Source: Marsupella aquatica (taxonomy: Eukaryota > Plantae > Marchantiophyta). Taken from it: DNA of 64,000 bases. The notes under the pieces were generated by a model. The model worked only from the letters and a program-made list of their open reading frames with translations. It did no database searches and was not told where the DNA came from. The DNA is taken from the NCBI GenBank assembly GCA_973895155.1, contig OZ316892.1:3537223-3601222 (forward strand), written 5' to 3'. The position numbers and the translations under genes are program-made. This document shows, piece by piece, positions 1 through 12,975 of this stretch. The stretch's first letter is position 1; the number at the start of each line of letters is the position of its first letter.

Positions 1-2
1 AT

Positions 3-399
3 TGCCCATTATGCCATACCAAGGTTTCTCTCATGGACGGTAAGGTGGTGGTTTGGTGTCCCAAAGATGGTCCACTTCAATGGATCGTGGGCTCTTTGAA
101 AGAGAAAGCTGCACCTGTCCCCGCAAAGGTATGAATTTTTCTGTCGAATGGTATTCTTTAATGCTGTAATGTGAGACAGGTCTGTATGAGACAGAATACT
201 TCTAAAGGTTTCAATCCTCCCTTGTTAGAACTATGAATGGTTTGTCGAACTTGAACGATTCCAGTTTAGAGCTTTGGACGATCAAGTCTTCAATGGTCTA
301 AGGATGATGACTTTCTTGCAGGTCTATCAAACTCGTCAATCCAACTCAGGGCGAATATATGTGAAGTTTATGAGTATGACTGATCTCAGAATTCCCTGA
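3..399 (+). CDS. 3' end (last two exons, 3-128 and 322-399) of a Rieske [2Fe-2S]/ferredoxin-like domain protein; 5' part lies outside the window
   Basis: Phase-0 GT-AG intron 129-321 joins CPLCHTKVSLMDGKVVVWCPKDGPLQWIVGSLKEKAAPVPAK to VYQTRQSNSGRIYVKFMSMTDLRIP* (TGA 397-399). The CPxxxTxxxLxxGxVxxWCP...LGSLK...IYVKF pattern resembles the C-terminal half of green-lineage Rieske-domain proteins. Confidence 0.65.
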
Positions 400-3300
400 T
401 TAAGAATCTGAGTAAATTGTTTCCTTCATCGGTAATAGAGGAACGAAAGTTTCTAAGGTCAGGGCCTGTAGGTGGTGTGCGATTTGCATTCTTAGATATA
501 CCCTGATGGTGGGGATTCAGTCGGGTCGTAAATTGCACAGTAAGACCAGGGTTGCAAGTATGGGTCCCTTGGGATCTCACCGAAATACGTTTGGTAGGTC
601 GTGAAATTCATCCTGTAAAAGAGAACGAAAACGACAATAAATTTGTCTCAGATGAAGTCTCGCAATGCGATCTGAAGTCCTTGACATGCGACTGGAATTG
701 TCTACCTTGTAGAAAATAAGCCGGATGACTGAAAAATTATTCTCTGGCGATATTTGTTGGACCTCAGTCCATATTTCTACACAAAGCCTTGATACATTCT
801 TTTCATTGCTTGAGACCGTTAGACCCAAGACTGCGCAGGTTATCGACGCTCACTAACGAATTCAATCTAACACAGGCACAATTCTGAGGATGCTTTCACT
901 ACATACAGCTCTCCCAAATGGAACTAGGACAGCCAGTAAAAGTGCCATAAGCGACATACAGCTCCCCAAAATGGAACAAGGACATCCGGTAACAGTGCCA
1001 CAAGCGTACAATGGACGATCACCATATACCCACTTCATTTCATTTTCGCTGTAAGCTTCTCCAAGAAGAGGCAGTCTGGAGTCCAAGCATCATCAGATCG
1101 GATTCTCAGCTGGCGAGTGTTCGCATTGCCGAAAGCGAAACTTGGCGTATCATGCTGCTCCTTGTCTTGTGGGTCACTGTTTTATGTCGGACAATTAATC
1201 ATGGTCGCAATCTACTTTTTGAACGTGGACACAAATAGACTTCAACTACTGTACATTGATAGCGTTCCGTGCCACTCCTGCAGCCTTTTGTAGCACATAC
1301 CTTGCGGATTGAGCAGATCCTTCGGCTGAAATAGACATTGCTCCAGAAATATCTAAACAATGTTCACAAAAGCTAGTTCAGGACAGACTGACCGAGTGCA
1401 AAGCGTTGGTGGTCAGCAGGCCAGAATCATATAAGCATATTACGCGCAGTAATCACATAAAATTTTATTTCGTAAACTTCCACGAAAACCAAAATGTCGT
1501 GAATGGTGTTCATGGAAATTTAAGACCTTCCAAAGTGAGACAAAAGCAGAGGTTGCAGAAGCCAAAGCGGAACCGGCAAGGAAGAAGGAAGAATCGCTGC
1601 AATCAAGGTGCACAATCGTTGAGATTGACCAATCAAATAGCACCCGTCCCGGACGCGTCGTTGTTTGAATTGTTGACCAAAAGAAGGCGATGCAGCGACT
1701 CAGAAGATCAGCGGAGACTGAGGCTTTAAGACAACAGTAGACCCAGAGGCACGTCAGGCATAGAGTCAATGCAGTGGTATACAGATGACAGAAATTGTCA
1801 GATCCAATGCAGGCGGAAGCCGATGCTGCTCTGTATCTGACGAGCAACCAAACGGAGAAGGTCTGATGACAAGTAAATCTTATCACAGATTTCTGGTACC
1901 CAGAAATGAAACATGGAATCAGCAGTGTGCCGCTGAAGTAGGCATTTGATTCCAGGCATGATTTCAGTGTCTCTCCGCAGACCATGAAGGTATTTCCTCA
2001 GACCATGCTCTCTGTAAGCTTTTCCCTCGTCGTAGTTCTCTTGTACTCCAGAAGTACGAGTTTGTAGTGCTGACTCTCGCTCGGCCTGTGGGACGTGTTC
2101 TCTCTCACATTGTGTCACATTACTATTTCTCTCTTTTGCCACATATTCTCTTGCCCAAAACATTGCAACTGGTTCAAGGATCAGTATTCACTACTTGGGT
2201 AGCGCTCAAGGCAGCGATGAATGGATTGAGTTTCACGAGACAAATGTGAAAGAAACCAAAATATTTCGGCCGTTGCTCTCTCGTTTGAGCCATCGGGGAA
2301 GAAATCAGCTCGACTGACCAATGAGGTCCTTGAAGTTGAACCCAGAGAATTGACCTCCCTGATCATGAGGAGAATTGTACCCTACCTTCCGTTTCCTCCA
2401 TCCTAATGCCCAGCACGTTGACTGGCCGCGTAGACCAAGGAACTCTCCATGTCTTCAGCCATTGCGATCAAACGATGTACAGTGCCAATCCCGCTGGAAA
2501 TCCCGTTGGAAATCGATGACGACAGGAAAGCAGACATAGTAAACAAGGGGCATAACGACATTATTCTTCTGCAGCCAGCGTGAATGTCGACACAGTGTTC
2601 CCATTCTGTACTCACTATAGGCCTTGTGGCCGTCGATCCTTCATCGATGGCGTCCTGTGGGGACCGTTTCATTTCTCGCTTTTTTAATCACCCAGCACCG
2701 GATTACCATCTCGTACTGGAATAAAGAAGTTCTCTCAATCATTGATTTGGTCCCGGGAAATAAGGAGACAGCAGATCCTTCGAATCGTACTTCTGTTCCT
2801 GTTCCTTTTGTGTGAACACTTTGTTGTCATTTGTGGTCATGGTAGCTACGCATAGAGCATGTCTTTGCACTCTAGAAATCAATAAGAGTGTCGCTTGCAC
2901 TGGCCTGCATTGTCTACGGTGCGCTTTTGTAGAGACTGATATCGTTGAAGGCTAGAGACGGAGCTGCAGTGGTGTACTTCTAATTCCTGTGACGTTAATT
3001 GTCCATTTGTAACTACCACCGTTCGTCCAGAAGGGCAGCGATCATCCTCCTCGGTGAAATTTAAGCGAGATTTTGGTATCGATGAATTGAAGTGGCTTCC
3101 AATGAAATTTTGGGCGCAAGTCTTATTGTCACAGTTGCGAGTTTTCTCTATGTCAATTACAAACCGATAGTGTCAGCTGGAGATCGATCTCGACTATGGT
3201 CTGCAACTCTTGGTTTGTAATAGACGAGGAGAAAACCTTCATATGGCTTTTGCGAGTTATCGTAGCTCATTGATTGATGGAACAGGGAGGTTATCAACAT

Positions 3301-5360
3301 TGTTTTAGCTCATCGGCTGCCCCCAGATTTTCCTGGATTGGAGTAGTCGTCTATATTTGCGAAGTTGGATATATGTACTAGTCAGTAAATCCCAAGGAAA
3401 GTGTAGTTGAATTGCAGGTACTGCGGCGGTTTATGCGTCCTGTTTGAGCTGAATATGACGCGGAGCACCTCATTGGGAGTGTTTCCGCGTAAAGGAACTT
3501 TCGTCAGTGCCGTAGCTAGAACGACTGCTTCGTAAGGAAATGTCTGAGAACACGCAGGGTAAGGATAATGGTGTCAAGAGAGGCTTACTTCAATGGCAAG
3601 ACTACTTAACTGAGCTTGCAGAACTGCACCGAATCCCAGTTTTAATTTCCCCGGACAAATCTGGACATTTCATCGAACGAATAATTTATTATATCCTGCG
3701 GTTTGCATGCGTAACGATTATACGAGTGATTGACACATGTAGAACTGCATAGCTAGAGAGATTGATCGAGTCCCAATTTTCTGTTGAAACTTAACTGATT
3801 AATCATTTAGTCCATTGATCCAGAGATCAAGCATAGGTACATCGTAGGTATCGCCTTGAGCTCTAAATTAGGAGACAAACAAGGTCTGAGATCAGAGGAC
3901 ATATCTGATCCAAAGGGAAGCTCCATAGGAAGCTCATCGGAAATGGGACCCGCACTATATGTGAAGGACAGAGAGGCGTAGACTTATGGAAGAGCTCAGG
4001 AAACCCAACCTACTGTGTTGCCTCCCATCACCGTCTCAAGAGGGAGCTAGGTGTGAAAGTGTCGTCTTGGAGTGCGTTGATCAATCAGCGAAGGCTTGGC
4101 AGGGAGCAACAGACGGATACACAGAGCCATCAATCGCTTCTGACATTAAAGCGAATCATAGCTGGGCCAGATCTGAAGCGAAATGTCCATGAAACAATTT
4201 AAACGCGGGGCAGTCTTTCTTCCCCTCACGGTTACTCCATGGTCTTTTATTTTGCGTCCTACGATACTCCCCGTCATCATTGTCGTCTGTCCCCTTCGTT
4301 GAACACTCTCTCGCACGCGTTAGTTACCTTCCTGGCTCCGCGCACATTGTTTCTCCGAAGCTTGACGACACCGCGAGGATTGTCTTCGCCAAGACGTTTT
4401 AGGTGCGCTCGAATTTCCAAATCAACTCGACACAGTACAGTTGAATTGCTGCTTGGATCAATCACCGGGAAGGTTTTGCGCGGATAGAGATGAATCGCAA
4501 TCGAGCAAGTAGTTCACACAGAGGCTTCGGGATATGGCGAGGGTTTCTCATGTTCCCACATCAAGCAAATCTTGCTACGATTCTTGCGTTATGTCAGCCA
4601 CACGCGTAACTAGAATTCCGGCTGTGTAATTAGGAGGGAAGTGTTCTCCTACCACACGCGTCTTTGTCGCACGCGGTCGTGGGGGCAAGGCCACCAGCGA
4701 TTCCCCAAGCAAACGAACTAGGGACTTCACTGGCATGCGGAGTATATAGTGACCTTCGTGGGACGTATGAGGAAACACCCCTGGTAAACACAAATCACAG
4801 AAAGAGATCGATCTGAACAATTATCAGATTCAATTTCATCGCTCATAGACTCTCATCATCTGCAGCTGTCTTCGCATCTGAGATCTGAAGCTGCCTGTCT
4901 GCTTGCAATCGTAATTGTCACATCTCTGGTGAAATTTGGAGGAGTCGGTCCGTGAAATTTGAGCTAGTATCTATTTCTGGAGGCTGGTTGCTTTCGAGCC
5001 CGGAGTCACCGACTACTCAATCTCCAGTTGGAGGAGTGCATTAGCCCATATTGCTCTGCTGTGCAAGAACTGGCCCTCAACTGAACAGGCAAAACAACTC
5101 CTTTTAGACAATAGAATCCAGATTTCTGAGAAACAATCGAGCCGGTTGGATCGATCTCGATTGTTGTGTTTCATTAAAACTGCTTGGCACGCAGTATTAT
5201 AGAAGCTGAGGTGCTAAAGCCTAAATAAAAAGGGAGAACTTCTCTAGCAATAACTTGCCACGACAGCTATACTAATATCTCGATACTACAGTCTGATTTT
5301 TGGTGTAGGTTCAAGCGACTGTCGGGTTAAGGTTTTGCACAAATTTCCTGAGTCGGAGTT

Positions 5361-5480
5361 ATTATTCTGATTTTCAAAGTGGTCGAGGTCTTGAATTGCG
5401 GATTAGCCAAATTTCAATTATATATTCTGATTTTCAAAGTGGTCGAGGTCTTAAATTGCGGATTAGTCTGATTTCAGTGA
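5361..5480. repeat. 60-bp tandem duplication just upstream of the CML gene
   Basis: TATTCTGATTTTCAAAGTGGTCGAGGTCTT(G/A)AATTGCGGATTAG occurs twice with a 60-nt period. Confidence 0.9.
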
Positions 5481-5565
5481 GAGCTGTACGTAGGGAAGCG
5501 AACTCTTCTGTTAGCGCACATTAATCTGGTAAAAATCATTACCCGGGGTCTTTTTTTCGACTAAG

Positions 5566-6315
5566 ATGGCAGCAGTTTCGGTGAGCGTAGAGGGTGTTTC
5601 CCTGGACGATTCGATATTCTCACTGCTAGATTACTCGTGGTATTCGCAATCTATCATAAAGCATTCCTGTACAGCATCTGAAGTGCCGGAAACCTCCAGC
5701 ACCCAGTCGAGCATCTCTCTTGGAGGGGAATCGGATCGACAATCGGAAGAACATAGCGCAGGCAGAACTTCGTCCGCTTCTGACGACGATTATAGGCATC
5801 GGAGAATGAGTAGCAGTGGGAACGAACTGGGACGGCAATCCATGGACGAGTCCGAGATGCGGAGAGTGTTCGATAGGATTGATCGTAATGGAGACGGGTT
5901 GATATCCGGGGAGGAGCTCCACCGGTCCCTGAAGTGCTGCGGGACAGACGTGTCCGATGCAGAAGCCAAGTCGATGATCTCCTGTGTGGACCTCAACAAC
6001 GACGGAAGCGTAGATTTTGAAGAGTTTCTCGTGCTGTACGACACTCATTGCTCCGAGGATCCTTCCGAAGAAGATGCCGAGAGATCTCGCGAGGACGAAG
6101 AACTACGTTTGTTGGACGTGTTCCATGTCTTTGACAGAGACGACGATGGATTTATCTCTGCGCAAGAATTGCAAGCCGTTTTACTTAACCTCGGTATGCC
6201 CGAAGGCAAGAGTCTGAGCAGTTGCGAAGCAATGATCCGTGTTGTTGATCGGGATGGCGACGGACAGTGTGACATACGAGAATTCCAGGAAATGATGTCT
6301 GGCCAGTCTTTCTAA
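5566..6315 (+). CDS. Calmodulin-like (CML) EF-hand calcium-binding protein, intronless, 249 aa, with a Ser-rich N-terminal extension
   Basis: Four canonical EF-hand loops: DRNGDGLISGEE, DLNNDGSVDFEE, DRDDDGFISAQE, DRDGDGQCDIRE. The ELQAVLLNLGMPEGK...CEAMIRVVD segment is typical of plant CMLs. Confidence 0.93.
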   Translation: MAAVSVSVEGVSLDDSIFSLLDYSWYSQSIIKHSCTASEVPETSSTQSSISLGGESDRQSEEHSAGRTSSASDDDYRHRRMSSSGNELGRQSMDESEMRRVFDRIDRNGDGLISGEELHRSLKCCGTDVSDAEAKSMISCVDLNNDGSVDFEEFLVLYDTHCSEDPSEEDAERSREDEELRLLDVFHVFDRDDDGFISAQELQAVLLNLGMPEGKSLSSCEAMIRVVDRDGDGQCDIREFQEMMSGQSF

Positions 6316-7299
6316 CATCACTCAATGGTACCAAACCCAACGTCAAAGGAGCCAAGTTAACTTGCGGACGATCGGTTCATCCTGTCAAGGCATGACAGCT
6401 ACAGGAAATTCATGCACAGAGAGCAAAAGAGAGCAAACTGTGCATGAATTTCCTGCAAACTTGCAATGTCAGTGTCATATTGAACTGAATCGATGCCTCT
6501 GACGAATTGGTACACATAGTTGCTCTGATTGAGTTGGACAGCTGAAATTGTCCGTCGGTGCACCTGTATGTTAAATGAGTACAGGCATACGCATGACGAA
6601 ACCAAATGTCATCGAAACATTAGTGTCGGCTTCCTTCGCGTATTATAATGGAAACCTTCTTCAGTTTGGCGTTGGTCCCCGATGGACCACTTACAAATCG
6701 TCCACGTTGCATCCATTTGTAGCTAGCTGTGCATAGAAAGCTGGCTCAATTGGCACAAGAAACAGAATCTCAGAGCAGAAAAACTTAGGAGAATGACAGA
6801 TACTCTCAAATTTAAAGCAAATCTTCTTCGAGGCGTCGTTCACCTTATTTTTATACTCAAACTTACGTCTCCGGTCAGGAGAGAGTAGTGAAACGACAGG
6901 CACAATAAGTCCTCTCAGATTGTAGAAGCTCAATTCGAGGCTTCATATATTGTACATTGGTCTGAAAGATAGCTGGAAAGGCACAACGCCCTCATCTGAT
7001 CTTTTCCATCTAATACTGAACTCACTTCAGAAAGCTTGAACTTTCACTTTTCGTGCATTACACATGCAAATTACAAGTTAACTCGCTACTGATGCTAGAA
7101 TGATGGTCGAGGACGTGAAGTCATGTTCATCTGCTCCATACTTCCTTGTAACGAATGTAGTTGAAGCCGATTAAGAGGTGTGCGTAATGGATGAAATCAA
7201 TTTTTGAAGCACTTGGATTTTCACCTATTAGAACTGCCTTTACGTAGGTCCATAGGATTTCAGTAGGATTTCGTATCAGCTGCGAGGCTAGGCGAAGTC

Positions 7300-10200
7300 C
7301 TACGAGTCTGAAGGATTATGTGGAGACTCACTGAGCATATTCTGCCCGTGCTGGTCATCTTTTTGTTGTGGCGGACCTTCGGATTCACTGCTGATAGGCC
7401 CCCGAGTGACCATGTATTCGTACCGCAGAGCGCAAAAGATGAAGAACAACAAATTTATGAAGCTCAAGATGGCCAGAAGCCAGTAGAATAGATCAATTCG
7501 ACCTTGGTTCAAATTGTCGGCAACCCAACCAGGTTTTCCACCTCGTGTTGTGATGTGGCGCACAATTGTGAGCAGCAACGTGCTGACGAAGTAGCCAATC
7601 GCCCAAGCCAACAATGCGATAGAAGACCCCACGCTGCGAATGGCGTCTGGAGCTTGGTCATAGAAGAATTCCATCAATCCTATATACGTGAACACCTCTG
7701 ATGCCCCCATGACAAAGTACTGTGGAACTTCCCAAAACACACTCAAGGGAACTGGGGTATCTTGGTTATCAACAAGCCCATGTTCACGGACGGTGTGAAG
7801 CCGTTGAATTTCCACAATTGCAGCAAATGCCATCGAAAGTATGGAGAGAGCTAAGCCAACGCCAATGCGCTGCAACTCTGAGATACCCCGTTGGTTCCCA
7901 GTGCGCTTGCGTAAGAAAGGGACCAGCAGTTGGTCCCAGACCACCACCCAGAAGAGAACGCTAATGCTTTCAAAAACACCCAGAGAAGCTGCTGGGATCA
8001 AAAAGGAACCCAAATTGCGGTCCATGGTGTAGCCTTGCTCTATAAACAGAGTTGTAAGTTGGCTGTAGCAAACCGTGTAGATAATACCGGTGAGAAAGAT
8101 GGGCACTACGCGGAGCACGAATTTTACCTCTTCAACCTGCGTGACTGTACACAAGTGCCAGGGATTGAGTACAGCCCCTTTCTCCTTTTCTTTTTCAGTT
8201 AAAATTGCGGCCTTGTCCAAAAATCTGAAATGGCATTGCACAGAACAACGCACACAGACAATCTCTGTCAGTTCACAATTCGCTCTTTCTGTAGACCCCT
8301 TTGAATATATAGAACACGAGTTGACTTCATTGACGAATGATGCTACGACTTCAACTATCACTTTAGAAATGCCAAATCGAAAAGTGCAGGAAATGCTCGA
8401 AAATTACCCACCGGAACCTACTGCTGTGCTGAATTCTTCGGCTGCCCTTGATTACGGAATGTGCATCGTCAACTTCATAGAGGTCATCGACATTGGCGAC
8501 CTTCATTTGCCTCTTCCTTGAAGTAGCTGTAACTACTTGAGCGATTCGGACGAATGGGTTCCCCCCAGGATTGTGATAGCGGTATCGACGCACTCCCACC
8601 ACCAAGATGATTGTGCCCACGATTTGAAACGCAAGAGCTATGCCCCATCCCACCCCAAAACTCACATTCTCTTGAAGATATACGAAAAATGTGCCCGTTA
8701 TGAAAGATCCTATTAGGTTGGTTTGGTACGCCCAATTGAAGAAAGAGCTTTTCTGGAGCTTCTCCTTGTCATCCTCTTCATCAAACTGATCTGCTCCAAA
8801 CGGTACTACAGTGCCTTGAACGCCTCCGGCTCCTATAACCATAACGTATAAAGAGGTATAGAGAAATCCAGCTTGGCTCGACGAGGCATGCTGACAAGTG
8901 ATATCCATGCTGGCGCATTGAGGAGGACGCAAAGATTTCACACTGCCTGCTACCGTGAGCATCGCTAATCCCTGCAAAAGAAACGTGAAAAATTGAGGGG
9001 TTAATTAACAAGACGAGATGCAAGTCTTTCTTGCTCTCCAAAGATTGACGAATGCAAACACATTTTTGTTTCCCTGGTTCAGCTACTGGAGGCGAGATCA
9101 GACAGCCCAGCCGAAATAAGTACAAAATTGCAGCACTGACCAACAATTTTCTGTGAGCGACCTTTCTAAATCGTTCCGAATGGATCCCCTCAGTTTTGTC
9201 TCCTTTCCGGAGACTCGCAATGGTTTCAGCCTTAGGTCTTATCATCCTTCAATAGCTTATCCATCGTTACTTGACCTTGACTTGAATTTCATGGGGCGAT
9301 GATCAGGTAAAGGTTTTGCGAGACGGGAACCTGGGTCAGATTTGATTTTCAATCAACTGCTGGTCCGTATCAGTGATTTGTTCAGCTTCTGGACATACGA
9401 GCACACACGGGGGAAAAAAGGAATCAAATCCAGAAGGTAAGACGGTGGACAGCAGATTCTCACCACAGTGTAGGTCGCCCCAAAAAGTATCGCTCCCAGG
9501 AATCGGCCGCAGTATGAATCCGCAATCAAGGCTGCTATGAGTGGAGCAATATAGCCAACCCCATTCCAGTTATTTACATTGTTCGCTGCTGTATTATTGT
9601 TCTCGTGCATTATGGTGGTCAGATAGATGACCAAGTTGGAGGCAACTCCATACCAAGCTGTGTTTGCCCCCACCTGTTCCCCTGACAGGTTTCCAAAGAG
9701 CATCCCACGCATTGTGAGAAAGTCAGTGGCAGCTTGTTGATTTCCAACCAGCGCCAATTGCAACGAAGAGAAACGACGGAAACTAATAAGCATCCAAATA
9801 TGTAAAGAAATGCTCTCACCCACTGCTCAGGAAGCCGATTGGCAAAATGATTTAAACAGAGGATACTAGAGGCATGACATGAAATGACAAAACGGAATTG
9901 TGGGGAGCAATGGGAAGAACGCAAGACACTGATATACAGTGGGATCACATAAAACTATTTAGCTCAGTAAAGTCCCCCTGGTCTACTGTTTAAACGAGCA
10001 TGAGTCCAGAATGGATGCCTGAACAGAATTTCAGACAGTGAAAGTTTCTATAAGCCTATTAGTACTCTTTGGAGCATTGTCATGTTACCGAGAGCCTCAA
10101 ACTGAGCGAAATTGAAGGCAAGTGCTGAAAGATAAGTAAACTTCACTTGTGGCCATTCACGCCATTGCATTCAGGCATGATTAATTTTTTGCGAGTTGCA

Positions 10201-10498
10201 GTAAAAGCCGAGAGCGCGGATAGGGAATGCAGGAGGAGAACGACGGGGGTCTGGGATGGAAACGAAAGGACAAACAGAAGATTGTGACAAGGAGAAAGCT
10301 GTGCATACCTAAGACAAACAGGGCGCCTTTCCAGCCCCCTGTCCGGCGTTTGGATGCTGGTCGGCCATGTACATCCACAGTTCCGTCTTGTGTCAAGTCG
10401 CTGCTGCTGGTGCTACTGCTTCTCCCATCCTCGATGCGATCTCCATCGAGTGGTCTTCTGTTCCGGACAAAGCTTAGTGACAGTGGGCGAAACCTCAT
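7300..10498 (-). CDS. NRT1/PTR family (NPF) MFS transporter, ~630 aa, exons 10498-10309, 9681-9464, 8971-8412, 8224-7300
   Basis: Three GT-AG introns in phases 1, 0, 2 give one 1893-nt frame. Family motifs: DGTVDVHGRPA...TGGWK, IADSYCGRF, FGADQFDE, FRFLDKAA, LCTVTQVEEVK, LQRIGVGL, EFFYDQAPD, NLNQGRIDLFYWLLA. Confidence 0.93.
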
Positions 10499-12419
10499 TT
10501 TTCCGAATCTTACACAAGACACGACTGGTCTCGGCTACTTCCCGCTGGTGAAGTACTACTGTTCTGTCGTCATACAGTTCACGAGGAATTCGCTGTGGAA
10601 GGATGAGCAGAGCTGTGGTCTTTCAGTTACCTCCGTCCTGTTTTCATCCTGTCTCCTGAGTAAATTCAACAAATTGAAAACGTAATTTGTCGAAGGACTA
10701 CGATGTAGCAAATCAGAACCAATTTGTGCTGCAGTTTTGTAGGGGCTGAACAAAGCCAACAATGGACTTGATAGCCATGGCCTACCCAATGTGTTTAAAA
10801 GATGACAACGAATGACATTCTGGAAACTGCCGAGTGCACGAACCAGAAATATAGATGTCCGATTGTGGAGTTGACAATGCGCATCCTCTGTCCAGCAATG
10901 GGAGATCTTCTTGCCAAACTGACTGCGGAAAAACTATGGTCAGTGACATTCAATTGGCGTTCTCTTTTAAACCTCATGGCACAGACTGGAAGGTCTGCAT
11001 AACAGGGCTGCAGTTGGGCCCCTCCTTGGCTCTACCTGAGCCATTCCTGATCCAAGATTTCTAACTAATGGGAGGTCTAAACTGATGTAGTGGAGCATTA
11101 GGCACAGCTGGGGCAGAATGCTCCTGAGTGGACCCGTAAAGTACGAATCTCTTCAGACGCCTACCGAAGCGTTCGGTAAATCCTTACCGAAGGCTTTGTG
11201 ATGCCCTTGAATCTGATGACGAATCCACCTTTCCGTCCTGCTTTGCTCACCCTGACGTACAGCAGATTCCGAAGAAGCCACAAAAGCGACCTACGTAATG
11301 ACTAACATTGACCGAGTTCTGCTGCGAGTGACTTGGAAAGGAAGGTCGTATTCGACCCGGTTGACGCAATTGACTTCCCCAATTTTAAGGGAAGTGACGG
11401 ACGAGACCTAACGACTGAATTGCGTCATTTTTCTGACCCTTTGCGTCGCCCTGCCCAAACGGAAACACTGCCACCTGAAGGAGGCACGAGACGAGCATTC
11501 AAGCAGCGCCCTCAAGCGGCCTTTCAATCCACATCTATACTGGAGTAGGCGCTACACCTACCGTAGTCTCCCAAAAGCTGATTTCGTGTGCGCATTTATC
11601 GGTCCAGGTGCCAAAGCGGTCGACCGGTTGAGCGGGTCCCTTGTCAAAGTAAAGTGATTAGTCTGGTGAGTCGTAACTACTCGATACCGAGCTCATTTCC
11701 CAGACATCCTCTGCTAGCTAACCCGGAGCGGAGCATCGACAGTTTCACCCTAAACTGGCATCGCGACCACTGTAACAGACGATTCCAATGGCCAGTGCCC
11801 GTTCGAAACTCATCAATTCGGTAAACGAGAAGAATGTAGAGAAGTTTCAGCAGAGGGCACAGCGTTCCTCACAATTCACTGACGACTCTCGTCCATTATC
11901 AATAATATGACATTCTCCTAGTTCTGCATCGCCTGATCACTAATTACTCCATCATCAAAACAGAATTGAATTCCTTGGTGCAGTCTAATTCAGTACATGA
12001 ACGACAAGCTGCGATCGTTTCTTCCTACTGCGTTATCCATCGCAATTCATACAACTTTTTCTGTTGGTACACAGGCTCTGGGCTTCACTCACTGCTCAAC
12101 GTATCTCGACTGTAGCTCGGGCTGGAGGCGCACTCCCGCCATGCTTTGCGACAAAAATCGTGGCGCTGCTGACGAAATTGGTTAGGACAGGGGCAGTTGC
12201 GACCGGCGACTCGGCGAGGCCTGGGTCTCACTTTACACGAACCTCACTCGCGGGCTCGCGAGAGAAGTTTCACATGGGCAGGAAAACTGATGATTGTAAC
12301 GAATCGTTGTTAGGAGGGCGGAAAAAGGACGGCGCTTGAGGCTTGACTCAATTCAACATCTCTCCGCTACTGTTTTTCCCTTTTCTACCAGAATTCGGGA
12401 TACAAGAACTAGAGCTCGC

Positions 12420-12975
12420 ATTGGCCTCCACGTGTATTAGTCCACAGCCTTTAAGAACATAGCGGTCTGGTAAGTGCACATCAAAATATGATACATAGGG
12501 GTGTATTGGCCTCCACGTGTATTAGTCCACAGCCTTTAAGAACATTGGGGTCTCGGTAACTGCACATAAAAATATGATATATAGGGGTGCATGACATCCC
12601 TCCATACCATGATAATTTTTCTTAATTTCTTTAGAGGACATCCCTCCATACCATGATAATTTTTCTTAATTTCTTTACATCAATTAGTGCCAGTGTATTA
12701 CATAAATTTCCTTATTTTCCTTAAATCAATTAGTGCCAGTGTATTACATCCCTCCTTACCATGACCAAAATATGATATATACAGGTGTATGACATCCCTC
12801 CATACCATGATGAACCTCATCATTTTCTTTAAATCAACTAGTGCCCTTGTGAGTATCACATCCCTCCATACCATGCCAAACCTTGTTATTTTCTTTAAAT
12901 CGACTAGTGCCCGTGTACGTATCACATCAATCCATACCATGCCAAACCTTGTTATTTTCTTTAAATCAATTAGTG
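12420..12975. repeat. Compound tandem repeat: two 85-bp units followed by degenerate 44-66 bp units sharing ACATCCCTCCATACCATG
   Basis: ATTGGCCTCCACGTGTATTAGTCCACAGCC at 12420 and 12505. The ACATCCCTCCATACCATG core recurs at about 12594, 12638, 12746, 12792, 12858 and 12924. Confidence 0.85.

Noticed and set aside
400-5300. Numerous 60-180 aa ORFs
   Set aside because: No recognisable motifs or consistent exon chain; treated as intergenic.
5626-10685. Antisense and off-frame ORFs over the CML and NPF genes
   Set aside because: Shadows of the real coding frames.
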